Of a DNA stretch of 64,000 bases, positions 1 through 11,007 are shown one piece after another. A program made the position numbers and the translations under genes. Within the stretch, counting starts at the first letter, position 1; each line of letters opens with the position of its first letter. This stretch comes from Cenarchaeum sp. (lineage in GTDB: Archaea; Thermoproteota; Nitrososphaeria; Nitrososphaerales; Nitrosopumilaceae): positions 1,568,001 to 1,632,000 of the forward strand of contig OY843584.1 of assembly GCA_963692915.1 (NCBI GenBank), in the 5' to 3' direction. A model generated the notes under the pieces. That model made no database searches and was not told where the DNA came from. It saw only the letters and a program-made list of their open reading frames with translations.

Positions 1-278
1 CGCGCTGTTCTGGCTCTCGGCGAGACGCCAGAGTCCTGCACGAGGGGAGCGCACAGTCACACCCATCGGGACTGCTGCCGCATGGTTACCTTATATAAAC
101 ATTTTGCCGTTGGCCGCCTCGTGGGCGTGACTGGGGCGCTGACCTTGCCATTATCGTCCTGGCAGCTCTCCTTGGTGAAGTCTTCTGGACATTCTCAAGC
201 GAGTGAGCTCTGCCGTTCGAGTCACTGCGCGCACACCACCGAATATCCTTAAATTCTGTTCATGTGGTGAATTGCCCA

Positions 279-440
279 ATGGGCAAGGACGACATTTGCA
301 ACATTGTCGACGCGCTGGCTCTAGGCTCGACTATCGTGCTTGGAGCCAAGGTGGCCCGGTACGGCCTACAGAGCGTGTCCGTTCTTGATGTCGCCTGCAC
401 ACTGGGGCTTGTTGCCCTTAGTGCAGGGTTTCGCCGATAG
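279..440 (+). CDS. 53-aa hydrophobic microprotein, copy 1 of 3 (MGKDDICNIVDALALGSTIVLGAKVARYGLQSVSVLDVACTLGLVALSAGFRR)
   Basis: Below the ORF-track cutoff; translated by hand. TATA-like CCTTAAATTC at 248-257. Same-length paralogs at 52087-52248 and 63381-63542. Confidence 0.75.
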   Translation: MGKDDICNIVDALALGSTIVLGAKVARYGLQSVSVLDVACTLGLVALSAGFRR

Positions 441-495
441 GCTGGAGTTGTTGGACATATCGAGCACTGCGGACTCGTCTGATAGCAACGTAGAT

Positions 496-969
496 TCACT
501 TGCTTAGATCAAGCTTGTCATCCATGCCACACCACTTTACAAAAGCCTCAAGACCATACTCGTGCTCATCCTCCCCAACATATACTTCAAGCTCCCCCAC
601 GTGATCCCAGTTCAGCAAGACTACGTCGTCGCCCATGTCAGGCACCGAGCTATCCTCTGATGTCGGGGATATGTACACGACGCATATGTGATTGGAGCGT
701 GGCAGTCCCAGCTCGGTGGATATCCTCTCGGCCAGCCCGCGCTCCCTCCATGTCCTGAGATCCTTGCGCTTTAGGCGCCTTGCATCATTTTGCGCGTTTT
801 CGCTAACCTCGATGATAAATGTCAGGTTAAAGTGCGTGAACACGAGGTCGATCTCTGTCTCCTCACTACCGTCCTTTCTGTGCAGGATATGGTTTGCTTT
901 TACAAAGTGGAGGCCCATCTCGCTCAATACGCCCATGACGTACAGCTCTGACTCGTTTCTTGGAGTCAT
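496..969 (-). CDS. small PD-(D/E)xK-fold nuclease-like protein
   Basis: ETEIDLVF...FIIEVSE motif; close paralog at 15346-15822; start overlaps the stop of the TPR gene 966-2369. Confidence 0.65.
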   Translation of the reverse strand: MTPRNESELYVMGVLSEMGLHFVKANHILHRKDGSEETEIDLVFTHFNLTFIIEVSENAQNDARRLKRKDLRTWRERGLAERISTELGLPRSNHICVVYISPTSEDSSVPDMGDDVVLLNWDHVGELEVYVGEDEHEYGLEAFVKWCGMDDKLDLSK

Positions 970-2369
970 GTCCCTGCTGGCCCCTGTGCGGCGTCTAGCT
1001 GTGCTAGGACCGCTCTCCGGGCATCCTGTATTTTGGGAAAGTTGGGATCGATCTCAATTGCGCGATCAAATGACTCGATGGAATCAGGGACACGCCCGGA
1101 CGAATACAGGGCAAGGGCACGACTGCGATGGGCGACGGCGTTGTTGGGATCCAGCGCGATGGCCACGTCCAAGGCTGCAATCGCCTCATCGTGGCGTCCA
1201 AGATGATCCAGCGTGCTGCCGAGACCGGCCTGAGCATCGGCGTTTGTGGGCGATATGTCGACTGCGCGCTTGAATGAGCCTAGTGCCTCACTGTGGCGCC
1301 CAACTGCGCCGAGTATGGTTCCCCTCCCGACGTGGGCTTGCGCTTTGTGCGGATCCAGCACGATCGCCATGTCAATGGACACTAGGGCCGCGTCATGGCG
1401 CCCCATAGAATGCAGGATCTGTGCGCGTTTGTCATGCGCCTCTGCACTTTTGGAGTCTAGCTCGATCGCGCGATCTATTGCCTTTAGGGCATCTGCGCTA
1501 CGATTCAGCTCGACTAGAATATGGCCCATGAGGATGTGGGCTGGCACCCTGTCTGGCTCCAAGTCGATCGCCCGGCCTAGCGCCGTGAACGCCTCCTTGT
1601 GGTGGCCAGCTGCCAATAGCAGGCCGCCACGAATTATGTGGGCTCTGGCTAGCATGGGGTTTAGCGCTATTGCGCGATCGAGTGAGGCTAGGGCCTCCCT
1701 GTCAGCGCCAATGTGTGATTGAAGGTTGCCCATGTCAAGATAGGTTTGTGCATTGTTGGGCTCTAGTGCGATCGCGCGATCAAAGGACTCGAATGCCTCA
1801 TCATGGCGATTAATGGCCATGAGGCATCGCGCCCCGTGTGCATGCGCATCGGCGTCCTCGGCGTTGTCCATCGTGGCGAGCCCAAACTCTGCGGCCGCCT
1901 CTGCTAGCCGGTTCAGCCTGACGAGCGTCATGGCCCTGTCAAAGTGCACAGACTCATCACTGTGGCCTAGTGCGATCGCGCGATCAAGGGCGGCGAGCGC
2001 TTCAGCATCGCGGCCAAGGCCGTCCATCGCCATGAACCGTATCCTGTGCGACCTAGAGTGTTCCGGATCCAGCTCCACTGCGCGCCCTGATGATACCATG
2101 GCATCATCATGTCGGCCAAGCTCGCACTCGATGGCACTCATGTTGTTTAGCGCCTCAATGTCAGTCGCGTCAATCTCGACTGCAAGCCTCAACTCTATGA
2201 GCGCCTCTGCCTTTTTGCCCTGTATGTATAGCTCGTCGGCCTTGATTCTGTGTGACCTGGAATCACTAGTATCACGTACGTTAGGTGGCCTGGTGCTGAC
2301 CCTTGATGTCTCTTCATCGCCCCTGTCTGCCCCTTGGCTGCTCCCAGAGCTTCCTGCTTGACTTGCCAC
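966..2369 (-). CDS. tetratricopeptide repeat (TPR) protein
   Basis: About 12 34-aa repeats of the type AH..RG..L..LGRH.EAL..FDRAI.LDP. Confidence 0.93.
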   Translation of the reverse strand: MASQAGSSGSSQGADRGDEETSRVSTRPPNVRDTSDSRSHRIKADELYIQGKKAEALIELRLAVEIDATDIEALNNMSAIECELGRHDDAMVSSGRAVELDPEHSRSHRIRFMAMDGLGRDAEALAALDRAIALGHSDESVHFDRAMTLVRLNRLAEAAAEFGLATMDNAEDADAHAHGARCLMAINRHDEAFESFDRAIALEPNNAQTYLDMGNLQSHIGADREALASLDRAIALNPMLARAHIIRGGLLLAAGHHKEAFTALGRAIDLEPDRVPAHILMGHILVELNRSADALKAIDRAIELDSKSAEAHDKRAQILHSMGRHDAALVSIDMAIVLDPHKAQAHVGRGTILGAVGRHSEALGSFKRAVDISPTNADAQAGLGSTLDHLGRHDEAIAALDVAIALDPNNAVAHRSRALALYSSGRVPDSIESFDRAIEIDPNFPKIQDARRAVLAQLDAAQGPAGT

Positions 2370-2509
2370 AGCAGAGTTGGGCAGGTCGCGTTTTATAATA
2401 ATTGCGCATTACAATATCGATTAGGGGCAGTCATGGTGTGGGCTCACATGTCACACACTCGTGTGATGTGCCACATATGATTTATTAACACAATGCGAAA
2501 AATCCTGAC

Positions 2510-2977
2510 ATGGAGCCCGGCGAGGAGATATTTGAGAACACGTTTGCGCCTGCGTGCGCCAACCGCAGGCTTACAGTATATGAGATCATCGAGGGCATGA
2601 AATTTGGCGCATTTGACTATCGCGTGCTCCCTGCCAAGGTTCGTAAAGCAGTCGACAAGGCTCTAAAATACAATGATGCGCTAGAGGCAAAGCGCAAGCG
2701 CGAAAACTATTATGAGGACATGTGGGAGCTTGACCTTTTGGACATAGGACTCGGGCATGCCTCGAACGGCACAGAAAAATCCCCATATTCCAAGCCGGCC
2801 ACCAGGGCGCATACAAAAACTCTCGCAAAAAATATGTCAATGTCTAATAACAATGTCAATGCCCTGTTCTTGTACAACTGGTCGCGTGCAATGGGTGATC
2901 CTGTCGTGCATCAATCCGTGCGTGTGCTGCCAGAGACAATGACGTACAAGATCATGGGAATGGAGTTAGAGACGTGA
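2510..2977 (+). CDS. hypothetical protein, 'MEPGE' family, copy 1 of 3
   Basis: N-terminal ~80 aa conserved with 36406-36882 and 48647-49141; TTTATTAA TATA-like box upstream. Confidence 0.8.
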   Translation: MEPGEEIFENTFAPACANRRLTVYEIIEGMKFGAFDYRVLPAKVRKAVDKALKYNDALEAKRKRENYYEDMWELDLLDIGLGHASNGTEKSPYSKPATRAHTKTLAKNMSMSNNNVNALFLYNWSRAMGDPVVHQSVRVLPETMTYKIMGMELET

Positions 2978-3459
2978 TGGAGAACTCTGGGGGCACTGCA
3001 ATGCTTGCTAGCCTGATCACGCGCCTGCAGCGGGATGGCCTCTTGGCCGATAATGTGGCCACCACATTTGAGCCCCTTCACACGCTGCAAAAGCACGCCT
3101 ATATTGCAAAGACGCTGGGAGTTGGGCTCGACTATGAGTTTGAATTTTTGGAGAATGGCGCGTTCTCGCCCATGCTGGGAATTGACGTATGCGATCTTGA
3201 CGGTGCGGGGGGCACCCTTGACCCGTTTGAGGGAATTCCCGGTGCCTTTGAGACGTTTGTGGCGCTAGTTGAGGGGCGGGGGAGGCCATGGCTTCAGGCC
3301 ACAACGTTTGCCCTGCGTGATCTCGACCTGGACGACACGGATGACGAGTTTGCCGCCCGTGTCATGCACGGGAGCCGCATGTATGAAAAAAAGATGCTCA
3401 AGAGGGTGTTTGCTCACGTGCGCGAGCATATGGGCAAGCATGTGGCGCGTGCGCGCTGA
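2974..3459 (+). CDS. YwgA/DUF4065 (SocA/Panacea)-like protein
   Basis: LQKHAYIA..LG...DYEFEFLENGAFS..L..D resembles the LQK..Y....Y.F....GPYS signature; overlaps the upstream stop (GTGA); paralogs at 12264 and 25153. Confidence 0.65.
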   Translation: MMENSGGTAMLASLITRLQRDGLLADNVATTFEPLHTLQKHAYIAKTLGVGLDYEFEFLENGAFSPMLGIDVCDLDGAGGTLDPFEGIPGAFETFVALVEGRGRPWLQATTFALRDLDLDDTDDEFAARVMHGSRMYEKKMLKRVFAHVREHMGKHVARAR

Positions 3460-3666
3460 GCATGGTCGATGGCGGGGGACTCGCGCATATTGGCTATGTG
3501 CCGGTTTTGCTCGAGGGTGCCTAGTGTCGCATGTCAGCTGGCGTGCCACGCTGTCAGCAGCTTGCCCGTCAGGACTGGGGCACACTTCCGCTCTTGCACA
3601 CGGGTGTGCGCCCACGAACGTATGTGACACTAGGCTTAATAGGCGCAGCACTGCCTATGATGCCTG

Positions 3667-3924
3667 ATGGATCCGGCACGGTTTGAAGGCCTAAAGCTCA
3701 TTGGCCACGGCCTACAGTTCTATGGCATCGTGGCTGCCGCCGAGATCATGACAAAGCTCATGGGTTTTCTCTCCGAGGAGGAGGCATGGGATGTCATCGC
3801 CGAGGCCGAGAGGATTGGCATGATCGAGCGCGCCGAGATGGTCTTTGAGGCGCCGGAACCAAAATACCAAGAGTGGCGTCTCGTCAATGGGTTTGACCTG
3901 AAGCGGCTAGGGATGCTCGCGTAG
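3667..3924 (+). CDS. hypothetical protein (possible winged helix)
   Basis: Clean 85-aa ORF with CTTAATA ~25-30 nt upstream. Confidence 0.55.
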   Translation: MDPARFEGLKLIGHGLQFYGIVAAAEIMTKLMGFLSEEEAWDVIAEAERIGMIERAEMVFEAPEPKYQEWRLVNGFDLKRLGMLA

Positions 3925-4113
3925 GCAAGACTCCTCCACCACCTTTGCATATTCGACGTACTACCGTTTCTGATTTTGGGCTCGTGGACGCCTACAGGCT
4001 ATCCATTTTACCGTGATTTGCTTACCTAAACCCGCCTCGTCTCTGCCACACCATCCATGAAATGGACTAATCTTTGTGGTTAGAATGTTGAGTAAATCTG
4101 TTCACAGCACGAA

Positions 4114-5316
4114 CTATAGTTCTTGGTAGTTTAGGTTCAATGCCTTGCCGACATGCCTGCGGATTTTTTGGCATTTTTTGTCATATTCGCTATCTATAAA
4201 CTTGTCACCATATTGTTTGTGACTGTATAGTCGCACATCCTCAATCTCTTGTTTCATTTCAACAATTTCTGATTTGGTAGGTAACCGGATTCTAGAATTG
4301 ATTTTCATATCGGGAAATAGTTTTTTTGAAAGTATGGTCACCTCCTCCACATCTTGCACCACGTTAGACCAGCGATCAGGCTCCTTAAACAACTGCATGA
4401 TGCTTGTTATTCGTTCCTTCTTATCACGATGGGCTGAGTACTGCCTTCGAATTTCTCTATATTTGTTTTCCCGTTTCATAAATCTCAGACTAGATGGAAT
4501 TTTGAGTTTATTCCAATGTTTGATAAATTCATGCAATTCTGAAATCATATATTTCATATTATATACTGCATTTACATATAATACCAAAGTCTCCTCTGTA
4601 CCATAACACCTATGAAGCTTTGTCGCAATCATCAAGTCATCTCTCATTATGTTTAAGCATATTGTACAGTCTCGCATTATCTGGGCATTATCATATTTTT
4701 CTAAGTCAACACCAAAATCCGTCTTGCTGTAAAACATTTTTAATTTTTGTTTTTTTATCTCTGAGACTATTTCATCTGGCGGCGTAATATATTTTCCTCC
4801 ATTTAATTCTTCTATATTTATATCACATGGCTTATAACACACTGTTCTTATCGCATCTTTGAATAATATTATCAATAGCACGCATCTCCATATTTTTCTA
4901 AATCCGAACGTTTCTATCTCTTCCACTGCTTTTTCTAACGTAAAGTTTGCATGGGTACTGAATCTGTGCCTCATTTTTTCTATAAAGCATTTAACATTTT
5001 CATCACGTTCTAATATTTCACAAAGTTTATGGTGTTCTTTTAAATTTAACTTTTTTATGATTTCATCCATATCGTCATCAAGCAGCCCTGTCTGCCATAG
5101 TTCTAGTATGAGGTATCTCATCCACACCATTAATTTTTGCGTGGATTCAGGCGACGCATGGCTGATCTCGGTCTTTGAAATCTCATCTGGTGATGTGCTG
5201 AGAGGAATATCCTGATTCACATAATACGCATTTCTAATCTTGTCTCTCAAATAGTGTATCCGGATTGTACTTTCGGCATCAATTGTGTTCTCTACCACAT
5301 CTTTCTTTTCTACCAT
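4114..5316 (-). CDS. all-helical protein with two predicted HEPN-like halves
   Basis: Internal duplication: MRYLILEL...RHRFSTH and MKYMISEL...RRQYSAH (Rx4-5H). AT-rich. Paralog at 11008-12267. Confidence 0.6.
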   Translation of the reverse strand: MVEKKDVVENTIDAESTIRIHYLRDKIRNAYYVNQDIPLSTSPDEISKTEISHASPESTQKLMVWMRYLILELWQTGLLDDDMDEIIKKLNLKEHHKLCEILERDENVKCFIEKMRHRFSTHANFTLEKAVEEIETFGFRKIWRCVLLIILFKDAIRTVCYKPCDINIEELNGGKYITPPDEIVSEIKKQKLKMFYSKTDFGVDLEKYDNAQIMRDCTICLNIMRDDLMIATKLHRCYGTEETLVLYVNAVYNMKYMISELHEFIKHWNKLKIPSSLRFMKRENKYREIRRQYSAHRDKKERITSIMQLFKEPDRWSNVVQDVEEVTILSKKLFPDMKINSRIRLPTKSEIVEMKQEIEDVRLYSHKQYGDKFIDSEYDKKCQKIRRHVGKALNLNYQEL

Positions 5317-5530
5317 GTTCTAGTCCCCCCGCACAATCTAGTTTGCATATATATCTGGAGTATATAATTAGCTTTTGCCCACACCGTGTATATTGCCCGG
5401 TCAACTCCCCCCCAGTCTTGAGCACGGGCCTGTCAGCTTTCTACAAACCTGTCTAAACAGCCGGATTATGAGCATTTTAGAGCTACGCCCATAGAGATCC
5501 TTAAATTGGGCGCTATGATTTGTGCCTCGT

Positions 5531-8179
5531 ATGAGCAAACTGGAGCTGTTGGTGTTGGGAGGAATAGTCGTGGCCCTTGCGTTAATTCTCACCTCCACAT
5601 CAGGCCGCAGCAAGGCCGAGCCACAGATTAAGGAGAGTCGTCACCTGTGCGACAAACAAGACTATGATGGCGCGCTTGCCATCATTGAACAGGCGCTGGC
5701 CCTGTATCCGAATGACGCCTGTGTTCACTCTGCCAAGAGTGCCATTCTCTCAAAGATGGGTCGCCACCGTGATGCTTTTGCGGCGTCTGGCCAGGCCATC
5801 TCGCTTGCGCCGCGATCTGCTGATGCGCACATAAGCCACGCAACTGCGCTAATTGCCCTGGGCCAATACGACAAAGCTCTCAATTCCGCTGATCAGGCGA
5901 TCTCGTTCGCGCCAGAACGCACTGACGCGCACATAAATCGCGCAAGTGCGTTAGTTGCCCTGGGCCAATACGATGACGCAATTGCATCGTTCAACCATGC
6001 TGCCAGACTTGACCCTGAAGATGCTGCGCCACACATCAACATTGGCTTTACAATGTACAATCTTGGCAAATTCCGCAAGGCAGTCGCAGCCTTGGATCAC
6101 GCAATATCCCTTGATTCAAAAAATCCTCGCTCATACAAGATGCGATCCCTGGCTAGTCTTCGTCTTGAGTCTCCACAGGCGGCGCTACTGGATCTTGATC
6201 GTGCGCTTGCCCTTGATCGACATGACGCAACGACACATTTTGACAAGGGCTTGACACTGGCTGATATTGGCAGCTACGAAGAAGCTGCAGCCTCGTTTGG
6301 TCACGTCACGGAGATTAATCCCGGTGATGCCGAGGCGTTCAGGCATCGTGCGGCGTGCCTGCTTCGCCTTAACAGACATGAGGACGCCCTGCACGCATTG
6401 GGGAACGCCCGGGAGATGGGGATCAATGACGTCAACTTGCACACAGACATGGCTGCTTCGCTAGGGATGCTTGGTCGACACGTCGAGGCGATCGAGGCAT
6501 TTAATCGGGCGATTGCGCTTGACTCACGTTCGTCAAAGTTGCATTTTGGCAAGAGTATCTCCCAGACACATCTTGGCCGTCACTCTGATGCGATAACTTC
6601 ACTTGATTATGCGCTTGCGCTGGATCCTAACATGGTTGGCGCACATGTCAACAGATCGTACATATTGGGACATCTTGGTCGACACGCTGAGGCGATCGAG
6701 TCCCTCAAGCGCGCTGCCGAGCTGACCCCCGACAATGCCAAAATTCACTTTGACATGGCCAATGCCCTGTTTGGTCTTGGTCGACACGCCAAGGCGCTTC
6801 AGTCCCTCGATCGTGCCGCAAAGCTTGGCCTAGACGACTATGGCATGCACATGAGTCGTAGCAGTATACTGCGCGCCCTTGGTCACCACGCCGAGTCCCT
6901 CGAGTCTCTAGATCGTGCCGCCTTGCTAGATCCAAATGTCCATGTACATATGAACCGCGCCCTGTTGCTTGCAGAACTCGGCCGCCACACCGAGGCGCTA
7001 GGGGCGCTAGATCAGGTGATCGCCCTAGAGCCGGATAACGCAAGTGCCCACAGCGATCGTGGCCTTGCCTTGCACAACCTTGGTCGCCACGCCGAGGCGC
7101 TAGCAGCGTACACAAAAGCAAATTCTCTAATGCCTGACAACCTCACAATACACTTTAATACTGGAGTTACGCTTCGTGATATGGGACACTATGATGATGC
7201 CATCGCAGCATTTGACGTGGCGATCGGCCTGGAATCGCAGAATCCCTTACCGCACCACAACAAGGCCGTCACGCTGTCCGCACTCGGACGTCACGCCGAT
7301 GCCCTTGTCTCCTTTGACACGGCGATCAACATTGCCCCGGGTCTGGCCGTTGCCCACGCGGGCCGTGGCGCCGCCCTTGACTCGCTCGGCCGCCACGTCG
7401 AGGCGCTCGAGGCCTTTGAGCGTGCAATCAAACTAGACCCAAATGATGCTCGCGTTCACACAAGTCGTGGCCATGCACTGCGTTCTGCCGGCGATCATAA
7501 TAGTGCGCTCGCCTCCTTTGACCGTGCGATTGACCTTGACTCCCGTATTGCCATTGCGCACGCGGGCCGTGGCGCCGCCCTCGACTTGCTAGGCAGCCAC
7601 GATGCGGCACTCGAGGCCTTTGAGCGTGCGATCGAGCTAGACCCCAAGAGTGAGCTTGGCCATCGCAGCAAGGGGTATGCACTACACAAGCTCGGCCGCC
7701 ACGCCGAGGCGCTCGAGGCCTTTGATAGCGCAGTCTCAATAGAGTCTGATTCTTCTGTCGCACGTCTTGGCAAGGGAACGGTTCTAATCCCCCTGGGGCG
7801 CTTTTCCGAAGCGCTTGACTCCTTAGATTATGCGATCATGCTGGATTCTGCTGACCCTGCATCTCACAAGAACCGGGGGGCGGCCCTGATCTACCTGAAT
7901 CGCTATTTGGAAGCCTTGGCATCATGTGATTACGCTGTTGGTCTGGATCATAACGAGCCGTCAGCGCACAAAAACCGTGGAACCGCGCTGTTTGGCCTTG
8001 GCCGCCACGCCGAGGCGCTTGAGGCATACGAGCTGGCCCTGGGGCTTGACCCCAACGACGCCGCCACACACCTTGGGCGGGGTTATGCGCTAGACAAGCT
8101 TGACCGTCATGAGGATGCGCTGGCCGCCTATTCCCAGGCCGCTTCCCTAGATCCTAAAATCCCGATTCCCAAAACATAG
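5531..8179 (+). CDS. large TPR protein with N-terminal membrane anchor
   Basis: MSKLELLVLGGIVVALALIL followed by ~24 TPRs; TATA CTTAAATT at ~5500. Confidence 0.93.
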   Translation: MSKLELLVLGGIVVALALILTSTSGRSKAEPQIKESRHLCDKQDYDGALAIIEQALALYPNDACVHSAKSAILSKMGRHRDAFAASGQAISLAPRSADAHISHATALIALGQYDKALNSADQAISFAPERTDAHINRASALVALGQYDDAIASFNHAARLDPEDAAPHINIGFTMYNLGKFRKAVAALDHAISLDSKNPRSYKMRSLASLRLESPQAALLDLDRALALDRHDATTHFDKGLTLADIGSYEEAAASFGHVTEINPGDAEAFRHRAACLLRLNRHEDALHALGNAREMGINDVNLHTDMAASLGMLGRHVEAIEAFNRAIALDSRSSKLHFGKSISQTHLGRHSDAITSLDYALALDPNMVGAHVNRSYILGHLGRHAEAIESLKRAAELTPDNAKIHFDMANALFGLGRHAKALQSLDRAAKLGLDDYGMHMSRSSILRALGHHAESLESLDRAALLDPNVHVHMNRALLLAELGRHTEALGALDQVIALEPDNASAHSDRGLALHNLGRHAEALAAYTKANSLMPDNLTIHFNTGVTLRDMGHYDDAIAAFDVAIGLESQNPLPHHNKAVTLSALGRHADALVSFDTAINIAPGLAVAHAGRGAALDSLGRHVEALEAFERAIKLDPNDARVHTSRGHALRSAGDHNSALASFDRAIDLDSRIAIAHAGRGAALDLLGSHDAALEAFERAIELDPKSELGHRSKGYALHKLGRHAEALEAFDSAVSIESDSSVARLGKGTVLIPLGRFSEALDSLDYAIMLDSADPASHKNRGAALIYLNRYLEALASCDYAVGLDHNEPSAHKNRGTALFGLGRHAEALEAYELALGLDPNDAATHLGRGYALDKLDRHEDALAAYSQAASLDPKIPIPKT

Positions 8180-8220
8180 AAAATACGTGTCTGCCTCGTG
8201 CATATTTGTGTAAATGGGTG

Positions 8221-9456
8221 TTACTGGTATGCAAGCAGTGCACATCTGCTGATTCTTGGCGCATTTACTTGAAAACCGTGCTCTGCCCATTCCCAGATCC
8301 CATTGTCCATTATCCGGTCTATAATCCAACTACGTGGTTCTCTTTTGGAGATTATTTGTGATATTGCCCCGATGACACGTTGCATACCGGGATTCTTGGG
8401 TGGACTCCACGTGGGCGGCCCAGTCTGATCAAATACATCAGGCATTTGCCTGCTTGGCTCTTTCACTGACAATGTCATGCCAAATTTACGGTTAGTTTTC
8501 GGCTCTGTGTCTGTTGCAACAAATTTATAATCGTCTACTATGCCCCATTTGTCCACATCGAACTCTCGCTCAACATTGATCCATTTGGAGCCCTCACGGA
8601 GAGACAATGCCGATTCTTGGTTTAGAAGTTTGATCTGGTTTTTTGGCATGTTGATATCGACCACTGCGGCCAACCATGGGATTCCGGGCATTGGCATTGG
8701 CTCGTGTGCAGATAACGCTGTATACTGTAAATTAGCGTGAGTGCGTCCATACACGTTATTTACAAGTCGTCTATATACCTCTAAATCACATACTGCGTGC
8801 GTCATGAAAATTCCGTCCATGTGGAAATTTTGATCCAACACGTCAATTATAGTTTTTGCTGCGTGTCCTCTTTCAAGATCCAGGTGTCCTTGGTAGTTGC
8901 CCATTCCAAATATGGCCTTGAACGCTGCATAACGACGGCTCTCATTGAGCCTATTTATCAACTCTTCACAACCGCATACATGTGGGCTAATTATGTCACT
9001 TATACGATCACTGTTTTTAACTGACACTCTGTGGCTAAATCTGTCGTGTTGTGGTGCAATCTGATCATATTGTTCTCCTCTGTGTAAGCTTGATGCCATT
9101 TTTGGAATGTATTCCTTTAACTGTTCTTCGTAACTCGATTTAAACAATCTTTCGACAGGCGAGCGCTCTCTATTTGACCAGGTACATGCCATGTTTGCTA
9201 GACGTATATAGTCTGTATATGTCTCATTATTTGGGTTTAGAGCATTCCACTCGCCATTGGTATTTTTGGGACGTTTTAGCGTCTCTTCATATATGTGATT
9301 CAAGGGTGGTTCAAACCGGATATTGTTGGGCGATCTATTCCAGTTATGTGTCGTCTGCCCACATTGACGGCCGGGATCTATGTTTGCCAACAACGTCATG
9401 TCTGTGCCATGGCCACCGTAGATCAGTCGATTGTCTACGACCCTGATCTCTGTCAT
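8221..9456 (-). CDS. HK97-fold major capsid/encapsulin-like protein (stand-alone)
   Basis: The 411-aa ORF and TATA (TTATAAAT at 9481) are solid. The fold call rests on a spine-helix-like segment and the pattern THAVC..PG..VVD..MP..I...AL.L.EG. Paralog starts at 63691. Confidence 0.55.
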   Translation of the reverse strand: MTEIRVVDNRLIYGGHGTDMTLLANIDPGRQCGQTTHNWNRSPNNIRFEPPLNHIYEETLKRPKNTNGEWNALNPNNETYTDYIRLANMACTWSNRERSPVERLFKSSYEEQLKEYIPKMASSLHRGEQYDQIAPQHDRFSHRVSVKNSDRISDIISPHVCGCEELINRLNESRRYAAFKAIFGMGNYQGHLDLERGHAAKTIIDVLDQNFHMDGIFMTHAVCDLEVYRRLVNNVYGRTHANLQYTALSAHEPMPMPGIPWLAAVVDINMPKNQIKLLNQESALSLREGSKWINVEREFDVDKWGIVDDYKFVATDTEPKTNRKFGMTLSVKEPSRQMPDVFDQTGPPTWSPPKNPGMQRVIGAISQIISKREPRSWIIDRIMDNGIWEWAEHGFQVNAPRISRCALLAYQ

Positions 9457-9505
9457 ACTGTGCGTTTGTCATGTTTTACTTTATAAATCTGATGACTCGA
9501 TCTAC

Positions 9506-9842
9506 GCATGAGATCAGCACCTGGATCGCAAGCATGGCTTTCTCGGCCATGCCCTTTCCCATGGCCTTCCACGTCGGGAATCACGTCAGGTGGGTTGACA
9601 TGCGTCTAGCAGTGGCAGCGCCACCCCTGATCTATTAGCTCACCTTGCGGCGAACAACTGCGCTGTGCAATGCCTCCCCGGCGACGTTGCTCATGGGCTT
9701 GACGTCATCATGTACAGAGCCTGAACGGCTGGAGAGGCATGGCAGGCCTGCCCGGCCACGTCGCATATTGACTTTCCATTCCGTCATTGTGGCGATCCTA
9801 CAGGCAATGCCGGGACGTCCTCTGCCGCACGTCGGCACATAC
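9506..9842 (-). mobile_element. IS66-family remnant (3' end of transposase plus TIR)
   Basis: TIR GCATGAGATCAGCACCT at 9506; minus strand reads ..DVKPMSNVAGEALHSAVVRRKVS, a decayed PTNNxAERxLRxxVxxRKxS IS66 motif. Confidence 0.7.
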
Positions 9843-9900
9843 TAGTGGACAGGCCAAGATCGGGTGATGACATATATAGTCAGAGCCGTCATTGCTCCGC

Positions 9901-10143
9901 ATGGGAAAAGGTAACAGAGGACATAGTGCTGCGAACAATCGTTCCAACTCTATGAACCCAAACAACCCAGCATACGCTGCTTCGCAGACAAATACTGCAA
10001 GTCAAATAGCGTCCTCGCGCGGACCCGGCGGCATAAAGGCGTCAAATAACGAAAGTGCGGATTCCCAGAATCCAAACAACGCCAAGCATGCGGCATCTGA
10101 GGCAAATCGTGCCCGGCAAATGTCAGAGAACAGCGAAGATTAG
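9901..10143 (+). CDS. small N/S-rich 'NPNN' repeat protein
   Basis: NNRSNSMNPNN..ADSQNPNN; close paralog at 24711-24953 including the CATATATAG promoter. Confidence 0.75.
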   Translation: MGKGNRGHSAANNRSNSMNPNNPAYAASQTNTASQIASSRGPGGIKASNNESADSQNPNNAKHAASEANRARQMSENSED

Positions 10144-10194
10144 AGTTTAGGCAAATATAGAAAGCTTCGTAGGTCGATCTGAGACGACCAACTA

Positions 10195-10208
10195 TTTTTT
10201 TATTTTTT
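10195..10208 (+). terminator. oligo-T archaeal terminator candidate
   Basis: TTTTTTTATTTTTT after the NPNN gene; equivalent T-tract at ~25002-25016 after the paralog. Confidence 0.45.
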
Positions 10209-10926
10209 CAAAGACTTGTCATTAAATGAGCCTAGCGCAGAGACTTGAATTGCCCTGTGACAGAAAACCGCCACTATCGACCCAGGTGGAGTGTCTGTGG
10301 CTGCCCCGTAAATTCTGCAAGATCGGCATACTGCGGCGTCTCTTGAGCACACTATCTGACACATGACGAGCTATGGCGTTATTCTGTCTGGCAGCTTTGT
10401 GCGTTATGGTACAGGGCAATGAGTGAAAGCTCGGTCATCTGCGTGTCTTGTCTGCACGATAGGGCGTGTCTGTGATCTGCTCCTTTGTCGAGATGAGGGT
10501 GTGCTCAATTACATTGCGTCTCTGGCACTCCACCGTAAAGAATCTACAGTCACCGTAGTATCAGCACAACATGTCACCCATAATGCCAAGATCATGAATG
10601 GCCGCTGGATCCTGACGTAATCCTTGACATATTGGAGTCTTGCCGGTGTGTCAGCACACACACCGGTGACACATTCTTTGCCTCAAAAGCGACATACTCT
10701 TCAGATCTGCCGTTCTCTGACCGTAACGATGTGAGCTCCACCCACCGCCCTAATCCACTCTGTCGCTGCTAGCATAGTATCTGCTAGTTCCTAGCATATG
10801 GAGCACTTCTTTCCAGTCCTTGCCGCTCCCATTCATTTGCATGGTTCAATCTTGTCCTCTGGTATGACCGGTGAACGCGCATAATGCGACATCCAGAGTT
10901 CTTGTGTTGAACACTGTCTCCTGGCT

Positions 10927-10982
10927 TGGGGAAGAGCGTGGTCGCGGAGGTCATGCGCGTGGTCTAGGTGTTGGCCTCACAC
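10927..10982 (+). mobile_element. IS66-derived end
   Basis: GGGGAAGAGCGTGGTCGCGGAGGTCATGCGCGTGGTCTAGGTGTTGGCCTCACAC closely matches 31646-31699. Confidence 0.75.
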
Positions 10983-11007
10983 GCCAATCAGCAGAAAAGA
11001 CCCATAT

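Noticed and set aside
1246-2361. Long antisense ORFs over TPR genes (also 35313-36476, 49184-49729, 50891-51457)
   Set aside because: They are shadow frames of the repetitive GC-rich TPR coding strand (SIARS repeats).
10222-10900. Short ORFs, with a possible YVAFEAKN nuclease remnant on the minus strand
   Set aside because: Fragmented by stops and frameshifts; a family cannot be assigned with support.
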